In this document: one piece after another, positions 62,900 to 64,000 of the stretch
Position numbering within the stretch: the stretch's first letter is position 1
Layout: every line of letters begins with the position of its first letter
Assembly: GCA_965235115.1 (NCBI GenBank)
Contig: OZ249452.1
Coordinates: 9,734,001-9,798,000 of the forward strand
Direction of reading: 5' to 3'
DNA length: 64,000 bases
Source of the DNA: Laetmonice hystrix
Taxonomy: Eukaryota
Notes under the pieces: generated by a model
The model's input: the letters and a program-made list of their open reading frames with translations, nothing else
Told to the model about the DNA's origin: nothing
The model's database searches: none
Program-made: the position numbers and the translations under genes

Positions 62900-63030
62900 G
62901 GCACCATTGACGAAGACTGTCAGGTTAACGAAAAGGCAATCGGGAAGTTTATCAATAGCGTGGTGAGGAGTTAGGAAGCGCGCGACAGATGGTATAACAT
63001 GACATCTGGATGCCTGACGAAGCTATTCAG
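62900..63030 (+). pseudogene. Possible Myb/SANT-like remnant (PIF/Harbinger accessory ORF type)
   Basis: EKAIGKFINSVVRS*EARDRWYNMTS loosely resembles the INAV...RSVEECKKKWxNMKS helix; internal stop; weak. Confidence 0.22.
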
Positions 63031-64000
63031 AGGCAGCCATGAAGAGGGGCATACAGTCCAGCCGACGTCCTCAAAGAGACAGGCCCATCGGGACAGGCCC
63101 AGACGGCGCAGGCCAACACAAAGAGATCGAATTCACTTCGGTCGAGTTTGCTGCTGTCACTCCAGCATCAGGTCTCCGTCTACATGGGCGGCCAGGAAGA
63201 CATTAGGAAATCGGAGGACGGCTTCAGTGGACCCCCCCGCGCCGATGGCGAGGTAACAATTGCCCACCCACGGCCGATATCGGCTGAGGTACGAAACTTG
63301 TGACAATCTGCATTGTTCATCACGCCATTTGTTCGTCACGCCCAATCTGGGCGTGAGACTCAAACGTGCGGCGTCTTACACGGTCAGGGGTTGAAAGTGA
63401 CCTCCGCGTCATTTCAAAGACGGATCTCAAGCGTAAGAATTCGAAAGGTCAAACCGGGAGGTATTTGTTGGCGGTAATCAGGCCTTAAAGAAGTCCTCAA
63501 AAAAGGAAATGACAGCATCCTGGAGCAGCACTTGAAACCGAAATTGATGGATGCATTGGATGTTTAAACAGTACCTGTCATATCCAGAAGTAAATACAGA
63601 GAAAGAGTATAGATTTGTTCGCGGACTCAATCTCGATAAAAGGTGTGAGTGACAAAGCTTATATCAAGTTTTCTGTAGATGCATTCAGGCATGCAATTTC
63701 GCCGAACACTTGGAATAGATTAACACAAAATGGGCACAAAATGATATTTGTTCATCTTTTGATCTTTCCTTTCTTGTGGCATTCCACAATTCGTGCAGAC
63801 AACTTTAATTCTCAGACCATTATCACTTTGATAAGCCCCATCTGCCCGCCTTTCTTCGATATGTAAAGACATTATTACTTGTCAGCGGACTCACAAATAT
63901 CCTGAAGTTGGAGGGGCTGATGTAACAGATATGTGATTGTCGAGATGGCGGGCATATGGATAAAGTGGTGGCATGGCTTGTAATTTGAGCCAGACGGTGA

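Overview
This is a draft-assembly window from an animal genome, most likely a bilaterian invertebrate. The evidence is spliceosomal-type splice signals, no long non-repetitive ORFs, abundant CpG, frequent TAGGCCTA, and four variable-length N gaps. It is not prokaryotic. Most of the window is intronic or intergenic DNA dense in minisatellites (about 10 arrays, five with 59-66 bp units) and small non-autonomous DNA transposons (MITEs), several with clear terminal inverted repeats (TIRs) and target-site duplications (TSDs). There is one decayed Tc1/mariner transposase near the right end. Nearly all long ORFs in the track are artefacts of tandem repeats or gaps. By-eye splice-site reading gives tentative exons, chiefly two convergent candidate secreted-protein genes (+ strand from 20704 with a GC-AG first intron; - strand from 43037); neither is assignable to a family. 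No tRNA, rRNA or true CRISPR locus is supported. The most unusual items are a repeat-plus-variable-spacer array (45481-45829), a compact multi-stem switch-like structure (58198-58332), a 27-bp array open in at least four frames (60036-60638), a MITE with internal 4x amplification (54760-56430) and a direct-direct-inverted-inverted foldback (31276-31805). I could not establish a new biological system from sequence alone; these are leads only.
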